Source of the DNA: an uncultured bacterium | Lineage (GTDB): Bacteria; Hydrothermota; UBA3073; NMUJ01; CBEVQO01 | NCBI GenBank assembly: GCA_965552055.1 | Contig: CBEVQO010000002.1 | Span: 103,229 to 167,228, forward strand | Direction: 5' to 3' | Length of the DNA stretch: 64,000 nucleotides | Shown here: one piece after another, positions 30,002 through 39,523 of the stretch | Layout of the letters: every line of letters starts with the position of its first letter | Position numbering within the stretch: the first letter of the stretch is position 1 | Notes under the pieces: generated by a model | What the model was told of the DNA's origin: nothing | The model's input: the letters and a program-made list of their open reading frames with translations, nothing else | Databases searched by the model: none | Translations under genes and position numbers: made by a program

Positions 30002-31108
30002 CTATGTTGCGATTAACTCATCTGCGGATTCAATTCTACTGCTCAATAATTCTCTAAGTTCTACATGCATTATCTGGAGTATCTTCTCTATCTCATCTTT
30101 TTTCCATCCTTTTAAAATTGCGTGCAATGTAACTACAAGAAATTCTTTATTTCTTTTCAGCATGCGTAGCAGGATTTTATTTTCAACTTCTTTATACCTG
30201 TCTGGATGTTTCCTCACCCACATTGCCACATGGAAAGCAAAATTATATAATTTATCTATTGAATTTATCGTATGTAGTTTTAGCGGATTCTTCAAAATAT
30301 CTTCAACCGATGGTATCCTATATCTCGTTGATAAGAAAAAGTTACTCCCCACTTCTCCTCCCAGGAATGCCTGACAATCTGCTTCAGTGAAATCCGGATT
30401 GTTATTCAGGAAGCAGGATAAAAGTGTCCAGCTTCTAGGTGTAGGATAAGGTTCTGATGTTGCTCCTTTTTGCGGTGGCAGATAAAAATGCTCCGGATGT
30501 TTCAATAAATAAGTGGCGACATAGTGATTGAGGCGACCCTTCTCTGTTTCATAAGAAATCCATTCTTTAACACTTACATGCTCCACCTCATATATGGCTG
30601 CACGGTTCATTATCGGAGTGGCTAACTCCGTTGCTACTTCGCTGTATTCGGGTGGATTACCCGCACCTATAACCATCACATCTTTATGAAGCTTTAGCCA
30701 TCCAACTCTTTTATCGAGTAACAATTTAAACAAAATGCTCTGCACATCCGGGCGAACGGTATTTGAGATTTCATCAAGGAAAAGCACACCGGGATGTTGA
30801 CCCAAAGCTCTCAGAGGTCTGTTATATTTGAAAACTATGCCGTCAGAAGTTTCACGGGGAATAAAGAAATCTTCGGGAGTAACTTCATACAATCTCATAT
30901 CCAGAAGTATAAATGCATTCTTTAAATCTCCTTCTGTAAGCCTATCATCCCATTCCACAAAGTTCAGTCCCAATTTCTCTGCTTTCTCCCTGGCAAACTC
31001 CCTAACCTGTTCGGATTTGCCGATGCCAGGTCCACCAAAGAATATCACCGTCCCGGGAAAATGTTTATGCAGGGTTTCTTTTATCTCATTTACCTTGATT
31101 TTAACCAT
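30002..31108 (-). CDS. MoxR-like AAA+ ATPase (paralog of 26575-27708)
   Basis: GGPGIGKS, LFLDEI, GAGNP, PTPRSW. Confidence 0.88.
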   Translation of the reverse strand: MVKIKVNEIKETLHKHFPGTVIFFGGPGIGKSEQVREFAREKAEKLGLNFVEWDDRLTEGDLKNAFILLDMRLYEVTPEDFFIPRETSDGIVFKYNRPLRALGQHPGVLFLDEISNTVRPDVQSILFKLLLDKRVGWLKLHKDVMVIGAGNPPEYSEVATELATPIMNRAAIYEVEHVSVKEWISYETEKGRLNHYVATYLLKHPEHFYLPPQKGATSEPYPTPRSWTLLSCFLNNNPDFTEADCQAFLGGEVGSNFFLSTRYRIPSVEDILKNPLKLHTINSIDKLYNFAFHVAMWVRKHPDRYKEVENKILLRMLKRNKEFLVVTLHAILKGWKKDEIEKILQIMHVELRELLSSRIESADELIAT

Positions 31109-31134
31109 ATCACCCCCTTATGCTACTTCATTAA

Positions 31135-31163
31135 TATTTACCCTCTTTTACAAATTTCTTACA
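31135..31163 (-). promoter_or_regulatory. Candidate ECF promoter TGTAAG-N16-GTAAATA at the head of the island
   Basis: Same -35 and spacing as the other copies; upstream of first island gene. Confidence 0.6.
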
Positions 31164-31201
31164 AATTTTTGTTGACAAAAGAATAATTTGTTTAATATTC
31201 T

Positions 31202-32884
31202 GTGATGAAATTCAAATTTTTAATGCTTCTTCTTTTACCATCTGTGTTATTTGCGAGAGAGTTAAAAGATTATTTATTAGAGATTTCTTCTGCAATACCG
31301 CTTTCCATTCGTGGTAAGAGACTCGCTGTTATAAATTTTTACGATAGATATTACAAACAAAGAAGAATCTTATCAAAAGAAATAGAATCAATTTTTTCAG
31401 GCATTCTTGTTGATAAATTTAAAGTTGTTGAAAGAGAAAGGATAAAAGACATAATAAAAGTTTTACAGGTTGAAATGCAACCCATTTTTGATGAATCCAC
31501 CGTCGTCAAAATAGGCAAACTCGCAGGTGCTGAATTGCTGTTAACAGGGGATTACAAAGTGGACGAAAAAGAAATCATTTTAAGGACAAAAATTATAGAA
31601 CTTAAATCCGGAATCGTTGAATTTGACAAAAAAATTGAACTACCCCGTAATTGCGTGGATTACGAGATGCTGGGATTCGAAAAAGTACCACTACCTGAAC
31701 GCAAATTGAGGTTAACGATGTTTAAACCCGAAGGCAACATCTCACAAAACATCCTCGACGAAATAAAGAACAGAGCACTTCATATATTATCGGAGTGCAA
31801 GAAAATTCAATTTGTAGAACCATGGGCTGAACATGACCTCGAAATATCAGTAAAGATAAACAAAGCACCTGAAAGAAAAATACAGGGAGAAAATGAAAAA
31901 GTACCAATTGATGGCTTTACAATAAATGTAAGTATGAAAAATTTAAAGACAGGAGAAGTTAAGATGAGCAAAGCTGTAACAGTCCTCGAAGAAGATATCG
32001 TAAATGCTGTGTTAAACTCTTTAAAAATTTTCCTGAACGAAATAACTGTAGCAGGCGGGATAAAGCGTGTGGAAGATAAAACTGCGTTCTTAAATATCGG
32101 AAGAAATAACGGCGTTGATAAAAACCAATATTTTTATATAAAAGACCCAATGGGTGATATCGCAGGTAAATTGATAATCGAAGAAGTAAGCGAAAATTCA
32201 GCAAAAGGCAGAATAATTGAAGGTAAAGATATCTTCGCAGGATATGCGACAGAACTGATGCCAGATAAAGAAGAGAAAAAGAGATTGGAAAAAGAACTTG
32301 CGATCATGGAAAGAAAATATGAAAATGCCATCCAAAAATACATATCAGAATGGATAAGATTTCACTCACCCAAAAGCAGGATAAAACTATTTGCGGGATA
32401 TGGACATTATTTTGATAAACAACAGGATGAATCCTTCAACTATGTTGAGCTTATTCCCAATATTTACGGAGGTGCGGTATTCTTTGGCAACCATCCTAAT
32501 TTTCACCTATTTTTGAAATATTGCTATTTAATGACATCAGACAGCATGCATTCTCAAAATATAACTTCGCATTCCGGTACCATTGGAGGTAGATTTCAGT
32601 TTGCGTTTTCACTTTCTTCGATTAAAATTTCCCCTTATTTAACACTGGGAATAGGAGGCGGTTACTTCACATATACCGAATCTTCGTGGCAGGATGAATG
32701 GTGGGCTGTGCTGTGCGATGTAACAGGCGGAGTAGAATTTGTACATGCTTCACAAAAGGGCATCTTCTTACAATATTATGTAATGAAAAGATTGTGGAAA
32801 AGCGAACCCCAGATTACTTCTCTCTCCAATTTTAAAGAAGATTTCGGTGCAATAATTTTCGGTATATCAATCTGGTTCAAATGA
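31202..32884 (+). CDS. Exported CsgG/FlgO/FlgT-like protein with probable C-terminal beta-barrel
   Basis: Signal peptide; LAVINF..FKVVERE..KIGKLAGAELLLTG; LNIGRNNGV FlgT-C-like; terminal GISIWFK. Confidence 0.65.
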   Translation: MMKFKFLMLLLLPSVLFARELKDYLLEISSAIPLSIRGKRLAVINFYDRYYKQRRILSKEIESIFSGILVDKFKVVERERIKDIIKVLQVEMQPIFDESTVVKIGKLAGAELLLTGDYKVDEKEIILRTKIIELKSGIVEFDKKIELPRNCVDYEMLGFEKVPLPERKLRLTMFKPEGNISQNILDEIKNRALHILSECKKIQFVEPWAEHDLEISVKINKAPERKIQGENEKVPIDGFTINVSMKNLKTGEVKMSKAVTVLEEDIVNAVLNSLKIFLNEITVAGGIKRVEDKTAFLNIGRNNGVDKNQYFYIKDPMGDIAGKLIIEEVSENSAKGRIIEGKDIFAGYATELMPDKEEKKRLEKELAIMERKYENAIQKYISEWIRFHSPKSRIKLFAGYGHYFDKQQDESFNYVELIPNIYGGAVFFGNHPNFHLFLKYCYLMTSDSMHSQNITSHSGTIGGRFQFAFSLSSIKISPYLTLGIGGGYFTYTESSWQDEWWAVLCDVTGGVEFVHASQKGIFLQYYVMKRLWKSEPQITSLSNFKEDFGAIIFGISIWFK

Positions 32885-33639
32885 GGGGATGCTTTACATT
32901 TATACTGGGACTGATAATAGGTGCTCTTGGATTTTATTTCTTCCTGAACAAAGGGTACGGCAATTTGAAGAGAGATGTTAAAATAGCAATTAAAAAATGG
33001 AAAGGCGAAGAAATTTATACAAAACCCTCTTATACCCATAAAACGAAAAAAAGAAAAAGAAGCAAACATAAAAAGAAAGAAAAAGTCCGGAAAAAATTTG
33101 ATTTAAAAGAGAAAATTACGATAGCTTGGCAGGATAGTTTAAAAAATTTGAGAAAAAGAATAAAATGGCTCACGGATGATAAAGAAGAAAAAATAGAGTG
33201 GTTTTACAAAAGAAAAGAAGAGATAAAGGAGAAGCTCGCGCACAAATGCGGGATTGGTGTCGATAAATTTGATAGATTTATAAGAAAAAACATTTACAAA
33301 GCATGGCAGGATAGTGTAAATAAATTGAAAAAAGCAATAGGTGAATGGCCAACAGAGGAACAATATAAATGGTTTGAAAACAGGAAAAATGTAATAAAAG
33401 CAAAATTGTCAAAAGTTATTGGAATAACACAACAAAAATTTGATAAATTGATAAATCAGAACTTCTATAAAGCATGGGTTGATAGTTTAAAGGAAATAAA
33501 AAATAAAATGAAATGGCTGACAGAGGAAAAAGAAAGGGAATATAAATGGTTTAAAAGCAGAAAAGAGGAAATAAAGCGGAAACTTGCAAAGAAATATGGA
33601 CTTACTTTAAAGCAACTCGAAGATTTACTTAAACGCTGA
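32881..33639 (+). CDS. Membrane-anchored basic protein with three ~57-aa internal repeats
   Basis: N-terminal TM; AW(Q/V)DS...W...WF..RK..IK.KL...G three times. Confidence 0.7.
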   Translation: MRGCFTFILGLIIGALGFYFFLNKGYGNLKRDVKIAIKKWKGEEIYTKPSYTHKTKKRKRSKHKKKEKVRKKFDLKEKITIAWQDSLKNLRKRIKWLTDDKEEKIEWFYKRKEEIKEKLAHKCGIGVDKFDRFIRKNIYKAWQDSVNKLKKAIGEWPTEEQYKWFENRKNVIKAKLSKVIGITQQKFDKLINQNFYKAWVDSLKEIKNKMKWLTEEKEREYKWFKSRKEEIKRKLAKKYGLTLKQLEDLLKR

Positions 33640-33999
33640 ATGAATTAAAATTTCTACCATCGGCATCTCTGGTGAGCGTGGATTTGGTATTACCCTCTTT
33701 TTACTCATATCAACTATCAGGTCTAACTGCTCAAGTATTATTTGACCTACAAGAGGCTGAGTGCCTTCGGGCTCTGCCAGAACATTAAATTCACCTGCCC
33801 TGCCACATAACTCCACTGTTACAATGCCATAAATCGATTTCGTTTTTACTTCTCGCATTTTCCTTAGATTTAACTTGTTGATAATATTTTGTGGTAAAAC
33901 TAGCATCGTTGCTCCTGTGTCAATAACACCTTCTACCTCTACTTTCTTCTCGGGTTCAAAAACATTTATAATTTTTATTTTCTCAACCACTTTTCCCAT
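33625..33999 (-). CDS. Clan AA (retropepsin-like) aspartic protease, possibly with a short internal deletion
   Basis: IDTGATML, LVGQIILEQLDLIVD. Confidence 0.82.
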   Translation of the reverse strand: MGKVVEKIKIINVFEPEKKVEVEGVIDTGATMLVLPQNIINKLNLRKMREVKTKSIYGIVTVELCGRAGEFNVLAEPEGTQPLVGQIILEQLDLIVDMSKKRVIPNPRSPEMPMVEILIHSAFK

Positions 34000-34095
34000 T
34001 TTATTCCTATTAATTATAATCTTCTCTTTAAAATGTCAAGCCAAAATTTATATAGTTGCAGTCAACCCGAGCTTGGACGATTAAAATTTTTAAAT

Positions 34096-34260
34096 TTTTA
34101 ATGCGAGGCGTAGCCGAGCACATTACATATGGGTTGATATGTCAGCCCATTACGGGTTTTGGGTTATAGCAGGGGATTCTGGCTTTATCCTCTGTCTGCG
34201 TATTTCAGCGATAGGAGTGGGCTGACTTAATCGGGAAGGTGGGGACAGCGGAGGCGGGGC
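34096..34260 (+). repeat. Dispersed structured element, copy 1 (hairpin, IR-bounded variable core, G-rich end)
   Basis: Both ends match the reverse complement of 46081-46331; inner IR GTCAGCCCA 34141-34149 / TGGGCTGAC 34218-34226. Confidence 0.8.
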
Positions 34261-34269
34261 TAAAAATAT

Positions 34270-34296
34270 TTGACAAAAATTAAAATTGAATAAAAT
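34270..34296 (+). promoter_or_regulatory. mnmG promoter TTGACA-N15-TAAAAT, ATG 5 nt downstream (probably leaderless)
   Basis: Read directly; no RBS. Confidence 0.7.
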
Positions 34297-34301
34297 AAAG
34301 T

Positions 34302-36164
34302 ATGGTGTATCCCGAAAAATTTGATGTCATCGTTGTTGGTGGTGGGCATGCTGGATGCGAAGCTGCCCTTGCCTGTGCACGAATGGGACTTAAAACTCTT
34401 TTACTCACCTTAAATCTTGATACAATCGGTCAAATGAGCTGTAATCCTTCTGTTGGTGGCATTGGCAAAAGTCATCTTGTTTTTGAAGTTGATGCACTTG
34501 GTGGAGAAATCGGTTTTAACACCGACAAAACAGGTATTGGCTTTAAAATGCTGAATACAAGTAAGGGACCTGCTGTCTGGGCTCTGAGAGCTCAGGTTGA
34601 CCGCAAGCGATATAGAGAAGAGATGCAAAAGCAAATATTTAATCAAAAAAATTTAAAGGTAAAACAGGTGCATGTTGGTGAAATTTTGTTAGAACCCAAT
34701 GGAAAAAGGGTTAAAGGTGTGAAATCTGAATCTGGTATGGAATATCATTGCGATGCAGTTATTCTTACTACAGGTACTTTTTTGAACGGCACAATACATA
34801 TTGGGTTGAAGCATTTTTCAGCAGGTAGATTGGGAGAGCCACCTGCAACGGAGCTTGCAAAATGTCTCGTAGAACTTGGCTTTAAACTGGGAAGGTTGAA
34901 AACAGGAACTTCTCCCCGTGTTGACGGAAGAACAATTGACTTTTCAAAACTTCAGCGTCATCCCCAGGATGAAGCCAAATGGCATTTCTCACACAGGACA
35001 AAAGAATTTTCACCACCAAAAGTTGACTGCTGGATGACACATACAACACCAGAAACCCACGAAATTATACTGAAAAATCTGGATAGGTCCCCCCTATATA
35101 CCGGTAAAATAACGGGAACAGGTGTTAGATACTGTCCATCACTCGAAGATAAAGTTGTGAAATTTAGAGATAAAGCACATCATCAGGTAATTATAGAGCC
35201 AGATGGTCTCGACACTCATGAATATTATCTAAATGGTGTATCTACTTCTCTACCCGAAGATGTACAGATTCAGTATTTGAGGACGATACCAGGGCTCGAA
35301 AAGGTTGAAGTAATAAGACCCGGATACGGAATTGAATATGATTTTGTTTTCCCTTCACAAATCTATCCAACTATGGAGACAAAAAAGATAGAAAATCTAT
35401 ATTTTGCAGGTCAAATAAATGGCACAACGGGTTATGAAGAAGCTGCTGCTCAGGGCATAATCGCTGGCATAAATGCGGCTCTCAAACTAAAAGGCAAACC
35501 CCCATTTATACCCAAAAGGTCAGAAAGTTATCTTGGAGTTTTGATTGATGACCTGACAACAAAAGAGATAACAGAACCTTACAGGATGTTTACAACCCGT
35601 GCAGAATATCGCCTTATTTTACGACAGGACAACGCAGATGAAAGATTGATGAAATACGGAGTGGAATTTGGACTCGTATCGCCGGAAGAATACGAAAAAG
35701 TATTGAAAAGAAAAGAAAGAGTGCAGAAGAAAATTTTTGATTTGAAAACAAAAAAAGTATCACCCGAAGAAATAAACCCGATTCTGGAGAAAAAAGGAAG
35801 TTCTAAAATAAAGGTAAAAACATCCCTCTACGATATTTTGAAGCGTCCAGAAATCAAATATGATGATATAAAAGAATTTGCAGGAGATTTGCCCGATAAA
35901 GAACGCTTACAGGTTGAAACCGAAATAAAATATGAAGGATATATTGAGAAGATGAAAAGAGATGCAAAAAGAATGGAAGAATATGAAAATAAAATTATAC
36001 CCGATTGGATAGATTACGATAAGATACAGAATTTATCATTTGAAGCCCGTGAGAAGTTGAAGAAATTGCGTCCAATGACACTTGGTCAGGCATCACGCAT
36101 AGACGGTGTAACACCAGCAGATATCTTCGCAATACTCGTAGAAATGAAGAAAAATCAAAGATGA
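34302..36164 (+). CDS. mnmG: tRNA uridine-5-carboxymethylaminomethyl(34) synthesis enzyme
   Basis: GGGHAGCEAA, MSCNPSVGG, RLKTGT, YCPSLEDK, GQINGTTGYEEAAAQG. Confidence 0.98.
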   Translation: MVYPEKFDVIVVGGGHAGCEAALACARMGLKTLLLTLNLDTIGQMSCNPSVGGIGKSHLVFEVDALGGEIGFNTDKTGIGFKMLNTSKGPAVWALRAQVDRKRYREEMQKQIFNQKNLKVKQVHVGEILLEPNGKRVKGVKSESGMEYHCDAVILTTGTFLNGTIHIGLKHFSAGRLGEPPATELAKCLVELGFKLGRLKTGTSPRVDGRTIDFSKLQRHPQDEAKWHFSHRTKEFSPPKVDCWMTHTTPETHEIILKNLDRSPLYTGKITGTGVRYCPSLEDKVVKFRDKAHHQVIIEPDGLDTHEYYLNGVSTSLPEDVQIQYLRTIPGLEKVEVIRPGYGIEYDFVFPSQIYPTMETKKIENLYFAGQINGTTGYEEAAAQGIIAGINAALKLKGKPPFIPKRSESYLGVLIDDLTTKEITEPYRMFTTRAEYRLILRQDNADERLMKYGVEFGLVSPEEYEKVLKRKERVQKKIFDLKTKKVSPEEINPILEKKGSSKIKVKTSLYDILKRPEIKYDDIKEFAGDLPDKERLQVETEIKYEGYIEKMKRDAKRMEEYENKIIPDWIDYDKIQNLSFEAREKLKKLRPMTLGQASRIDGVTPADIFAILVEMKKNQR

Positions 36165-36782
36165 AAAAAATATATATTTTTGTTATCGCATCGCTAATTG
36201 TAATAACATGCAAAAAGAATAACAAATTATTGAATTTAAAGAAATAGGAAACTGGGCTTATCAATTGCAGAATGCAAATCCTGATGAAATAGATTATTCA
36301 AGAGATGGGACAAATGAAAAAAGGTATAAGATAGAAGCGGAGGATTATAGATTTTACTGGAAAAGTGAGTGGGATAGTGTTCCACCCGACTGGCTTGGCG
36401 AAGAAAACCCTGAATGGCATGGAAATTATGCAGTAAAATACTGGTATAAAGAGTGGAAAGATATAATTTTTCAATATCTTGATACTGTAATCTCACAGGG
36501 CTTTATGGGTGTTTATCTTGATAAAATTGATGATAAAATTTGTAATGGAAATTGCAGAGTATTGCAGACAAAAGGGTGAAAACTTTTATATAATTCACAA
36601 AATGGAGAAAACATCCTTGAATATGATGATGTAAGTTATCATGTGACTATGTTGATGATGGTACGGGATACTGTGGCAGGAATAAATATAGAATTGAGGA
36701 TTATATAAATAAGGCAAAAAAGTATGGTTTTATACCTTATTGTGCGAGAGCAGACCGTGAATTCCTTTCTGACAAGCAATAA
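36161..36782 (+). pseudogene. Fragmented MJ1477/TM1410-type (GH114-like) glycoside hydrolase lipoprotein
   Basis: Signal MKKIYIFVIASLIVITC, then fragments WAYQLQN, DYSRDG, EAEDYRFYW, ENPEWHGNYAVKYW, GFMGVYLD with stops, frameshifts and missing segments. Confidence 0.78.
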
Positions 36783-36785
36783 AAT

Positions 36786-38456
36786 TCATTTTACCTTTAT
36801 TATCTTTTTCATAGTAGAAAGGTGTTTCAATTTTATTCTGATAAAATATACTCCCGAAGAAATATTCAAAGAAACTCTGTGTCCTCTTTTTCCGTGCGTC
36901 AATGTAAAACATTTTATCAATCTACCATTTATGTCGAAAATCTGCAAACTCGCATCGTAACTTAGTATTTCGGGAAATATTATTTTTAACTCATTTGAAG
37001 ATGTTAATAGTGTCGGATAAATTTCAATTTTCGTTTTTTCTTTTCTTTCTTTTATTGCTTCTGGATGATATTCATATGCTCCTATATCAATTGCGTTCCC
37101 ATAGGGTCTTTCATTATATTCAAGGTCAACATCGGGTGCACCTTCTGCTGTACCTGCATCTATTGCAGGACTCCCCTCTTTTAAATGGAAATCGCCTTCT
37201 GTTCCCCATGCAGGACGAACAAAAAGAGGGTCACCATAAATATTGCCTTCTCCCAAAGCAAAAATACTATCGGAAGTATATTCCCTGCCATTCGCATAAA
37301 CCTGTACATCTTCGTTTATATAAAATAGATTGTGGTCAGCAGTTAAATTCACAGCATTGCCAAAATAAACCCTTCTTCCGCCCGATATAATTGTATTGCG
37401 TAAAAGAACATTTATAGGTGCATTTGCAGAATACTGGAAATAAGCGGAGTAATGATTGCGAGATGGCACATCGTATGCCGTTATATTTATAAATTCAAAA
37501 TAACCATTTGTATCTTCCGATTCAACAACAATTAATGACCATGGCGTAGGTGTAGTATCTCTATCTCCTGTACCGTAAATAAGTACATTAACTGCTTTGC
37601 TTGAATCGCCCCATAATTTCAATCCATCAGCCCAGTTATTTGCAATAATACAATTATGAACGAAAGTACGACGAGATTTTGAATCGATTCCATCTCCTCT
37701 ATTGTGCTCCGAAATAACATTGTATATTTCGAGCGGACCTTCAGAAGGCTCCATACCTATTCCATCAGGTCTATCATAAGGTGAAATCGTATCCCGTCCC
37801 ATATAAAAATATCCTGCATATCCCAGATAAGTATTATCAATTATGACATTACGCCAGCCATAAGATGTTCCAGCAGGAGCAGAAATGGCACTCATACCCG
37901 TATGATGAATAGAGCATCCAGATACTCTAACATCTTCAATATCTCCTGCGAAATTTATACCGCATTCTTCAAGATGGTGCATTACTACATTTTCTATGAT
38001 AATGTGTGAAACAAAAGCACCTGCACCGGCTGCACCGCCTGCCTCTATCCCTTCACGCATACCACCAGAATAAGGTGTATCAATATAACTGGTTAATTCG
38101 AGATTCGCAATTTTTACATAACTGAGATTCGAAATATCTATCGCAGAAAGTAAACTTCCTTTACCTGCGAGAACAGGCAAACTATCTCCATATCCCATTA
38201 TCACAGTATAAGCGGTTTGTGTACCTGATGGAGGTGTTATCATATCATCGTAATAAGTTGATAAAACATAGGTTCCGGGTAACATTATCAGAGTATCGCC
38301 AGGAGAAATTTGTTTTGAGCCATAACCCGGTGTAGCCCATGGATGCTCGTAAGTGCCCGGATTCGTATCATTGCCCGAAGGCGAAACATAGTATGTAGTG
38401 GCATATAACTCGTCTAGAAAAAATATAACCCCTATAAAAATAAAAAGACGCATCAT
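36786..38456 (-). CDS. Secreted right-handed beta-helix protein with T9SS-like C-terminal sorting domain
   Basis: YYVSPSGNDTNPGT, DFHLKEGSPAIDAG, DIGAYEY, IFDINGRLI...SGVYFIRI. Confidence 0.85.
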   Translation of the reverse strand: MMRLFIFIGVIFFLDELYATTYYVSPSGNDTNPGTYEHPWATPGYGSKQISPGDTLIMLPGTYVLSTYYDDMITPPSGTQTAYTVIMGYGDSLPVLAGKGSLLSAIDISNLSYVKIANLELTSYIDTPYSGGMREGIEAGGAAGAGAFVSHIIIENVVMHHLEECGINFAGDIEDVRVSGCSIHHTGMSAISAPAGTSYGWRNVIIDNTYLGYAGYFYMGRDTISPYDRPDGIGMEPSEGPLEIYNVISEHNRGDGIDSKSRRTFVHNCIIANNWADGLKLWGDSSKAVNVLIYGTGDRDTTPTPWSLIVVESEDTNGYFEFINITAYDVPSRNHYSAYFQYSANAPINVLLRNTIISGGRRVYFGNAVNLTADHNLFYINEDVQVYANGREYTSDSIFALGEGNIYGDPLFVRPAWGTEGDFHLKEGSPAIDAGTAEGAPDVDLEYNERPYGNAIDIGAYEYHPEAIKERKEKTKIEIYPTLLTSSNELKIIFPEILSYDASLQIFDINGRLIKCFTLTHGKRGHRVSLNISSGVYFIRIKLKHLSTMKKIIKVK

Positions 38457-38633
38457 ACCCTCCTTACCAATTATAAACATTTCACAAGGGTGTCAATTAA
38501 AAATTAAACCGGAATCTCAATTCTCCTTAATTCATAAGTGCAAATGCTTCGATAGCAAGTAATGCAGATAAATATCTTTTGCATTATTAAAATACTTCTT
38601 TGACATCTCAATCGCAAAATGTCAAGTTAAAAC

Positions 38634-38660
38634 TTGACAGAGCAACAAATTGATTAAAAT
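38634..38660 (+). promoter_or_regulatory. glyQ promoter TTGACA-N15-TAAAAT, ATG 5 nt downstream
   Basis: Read directly. Confidence 0.7.
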
Positions 38661-38665
38661 AAGAG

Positions 38666-39523
38666 ATGACTTTTCAGGATGTAGTTTTGAAGTTATCGGA
38701 TTACTGGAGAAAGAAAGGTTGTCTCATCACCCAGCCCTATCCCACAGAGACAGGTGCTTTAACTTTTGACCCCTTTACCTTTTTCAAAGTGCTCGATAAG
38801 GAACCATGGCGGGTGGCATATTACGGAATATCAAAGCGTCCAAAAGATGGAAGATACGCAGAAAATCCCAATCGCTTACAGCAATTTTATCAATATCAGG
38901 TTATTTTAAAACCACCACCGGATGATGTGCAAGAATTGTATCTTAAAAGTTTAGAACATATTGGAATTAACTTGAAAGAGCATGATGTTAGATTTGTTGA
39001 AGATGACTGGGAATCCGAAGCACTTGGAGCACGAGGACTCGGCTGGGAAGTATGGCTCGATGGCCTTGAAATCACGCAATTTACCTATTTTCAGGAAGTA
39101 GCAGGATTCAAATTAAATCCACCTTCTGTGGAATTAACTTATGGACTTGAAAGAATTTGCATGTTTTTACAGAAAAAGGACAATGTATTTGAGATAGAAT
39201 GGGGAGCAGGAATAAAATATGGCGAACTTTTTAAAAAATCGGAATATGAATTTTGTAGATTTAACTATGACGATGCAAATGTTGAATTATACAGAAAGTT
39301 ATTTGACGATTTTGAAAAAGAAGCTATAAGATTTTTAACAGAATTAAAGTTACTGGCACCTGGATACGATTATGTAATGAAGTGTTCCCACATTTTAAAC
39401 ATTCTTGATGCAAGAAGGGCAATAGGTCCTGAGGAGCGTAAAACATACATTGCTCGTGTAAGAAAACTTGCGCATCTTGCAGCAAAATTATATCTTGAGC
39501 AAAAATACGGGGAGGTGAAATGA
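38666..39523 (+). CDS. glyQ: Glycine-tRNA ligase alpha subunit
   Basis: DGRYAENPNRLQ, FVEDDWES, GWEVWLDGLEITQFTYFQ, ELTYGLER. Confidence 0.97.
   Translation: MTFQDVVLKLSDYWRKKGCLITQPYPTETGALTFDPFTFFKVLDKEPWRVAYYGISKRPKDGRYAENPNRLQQFYQYQVILKPPPDDVQELYLKSLEHIGINLKEHDVRFVEDDWESEALGARGLGWEVWLDGLEITQFTYFQEVAGFKLNPPSVELTYGLERICMFLQKKDNVFEIEWGAGIKYGELFKKSEYEFCRFNYDDANVELYRKLFDDFEKEAIRFLTELKLLAPGYDYVMKCSHILNILDARRAIGPEERKTYIARVRKLAHLAAKLYLEQKYGEVK

Noticed and set aside
3572-31108. Prophage or ICE call for the island
   Set aside because: No integrase, terminase, capsid, relaxase, tRNA target or att repeats recognised
34150-34217. YADRG peptide on the minus strand resembling a DDE transposase motif
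   Set aside because: Five residues followed by a stop; not distinguishable from chance
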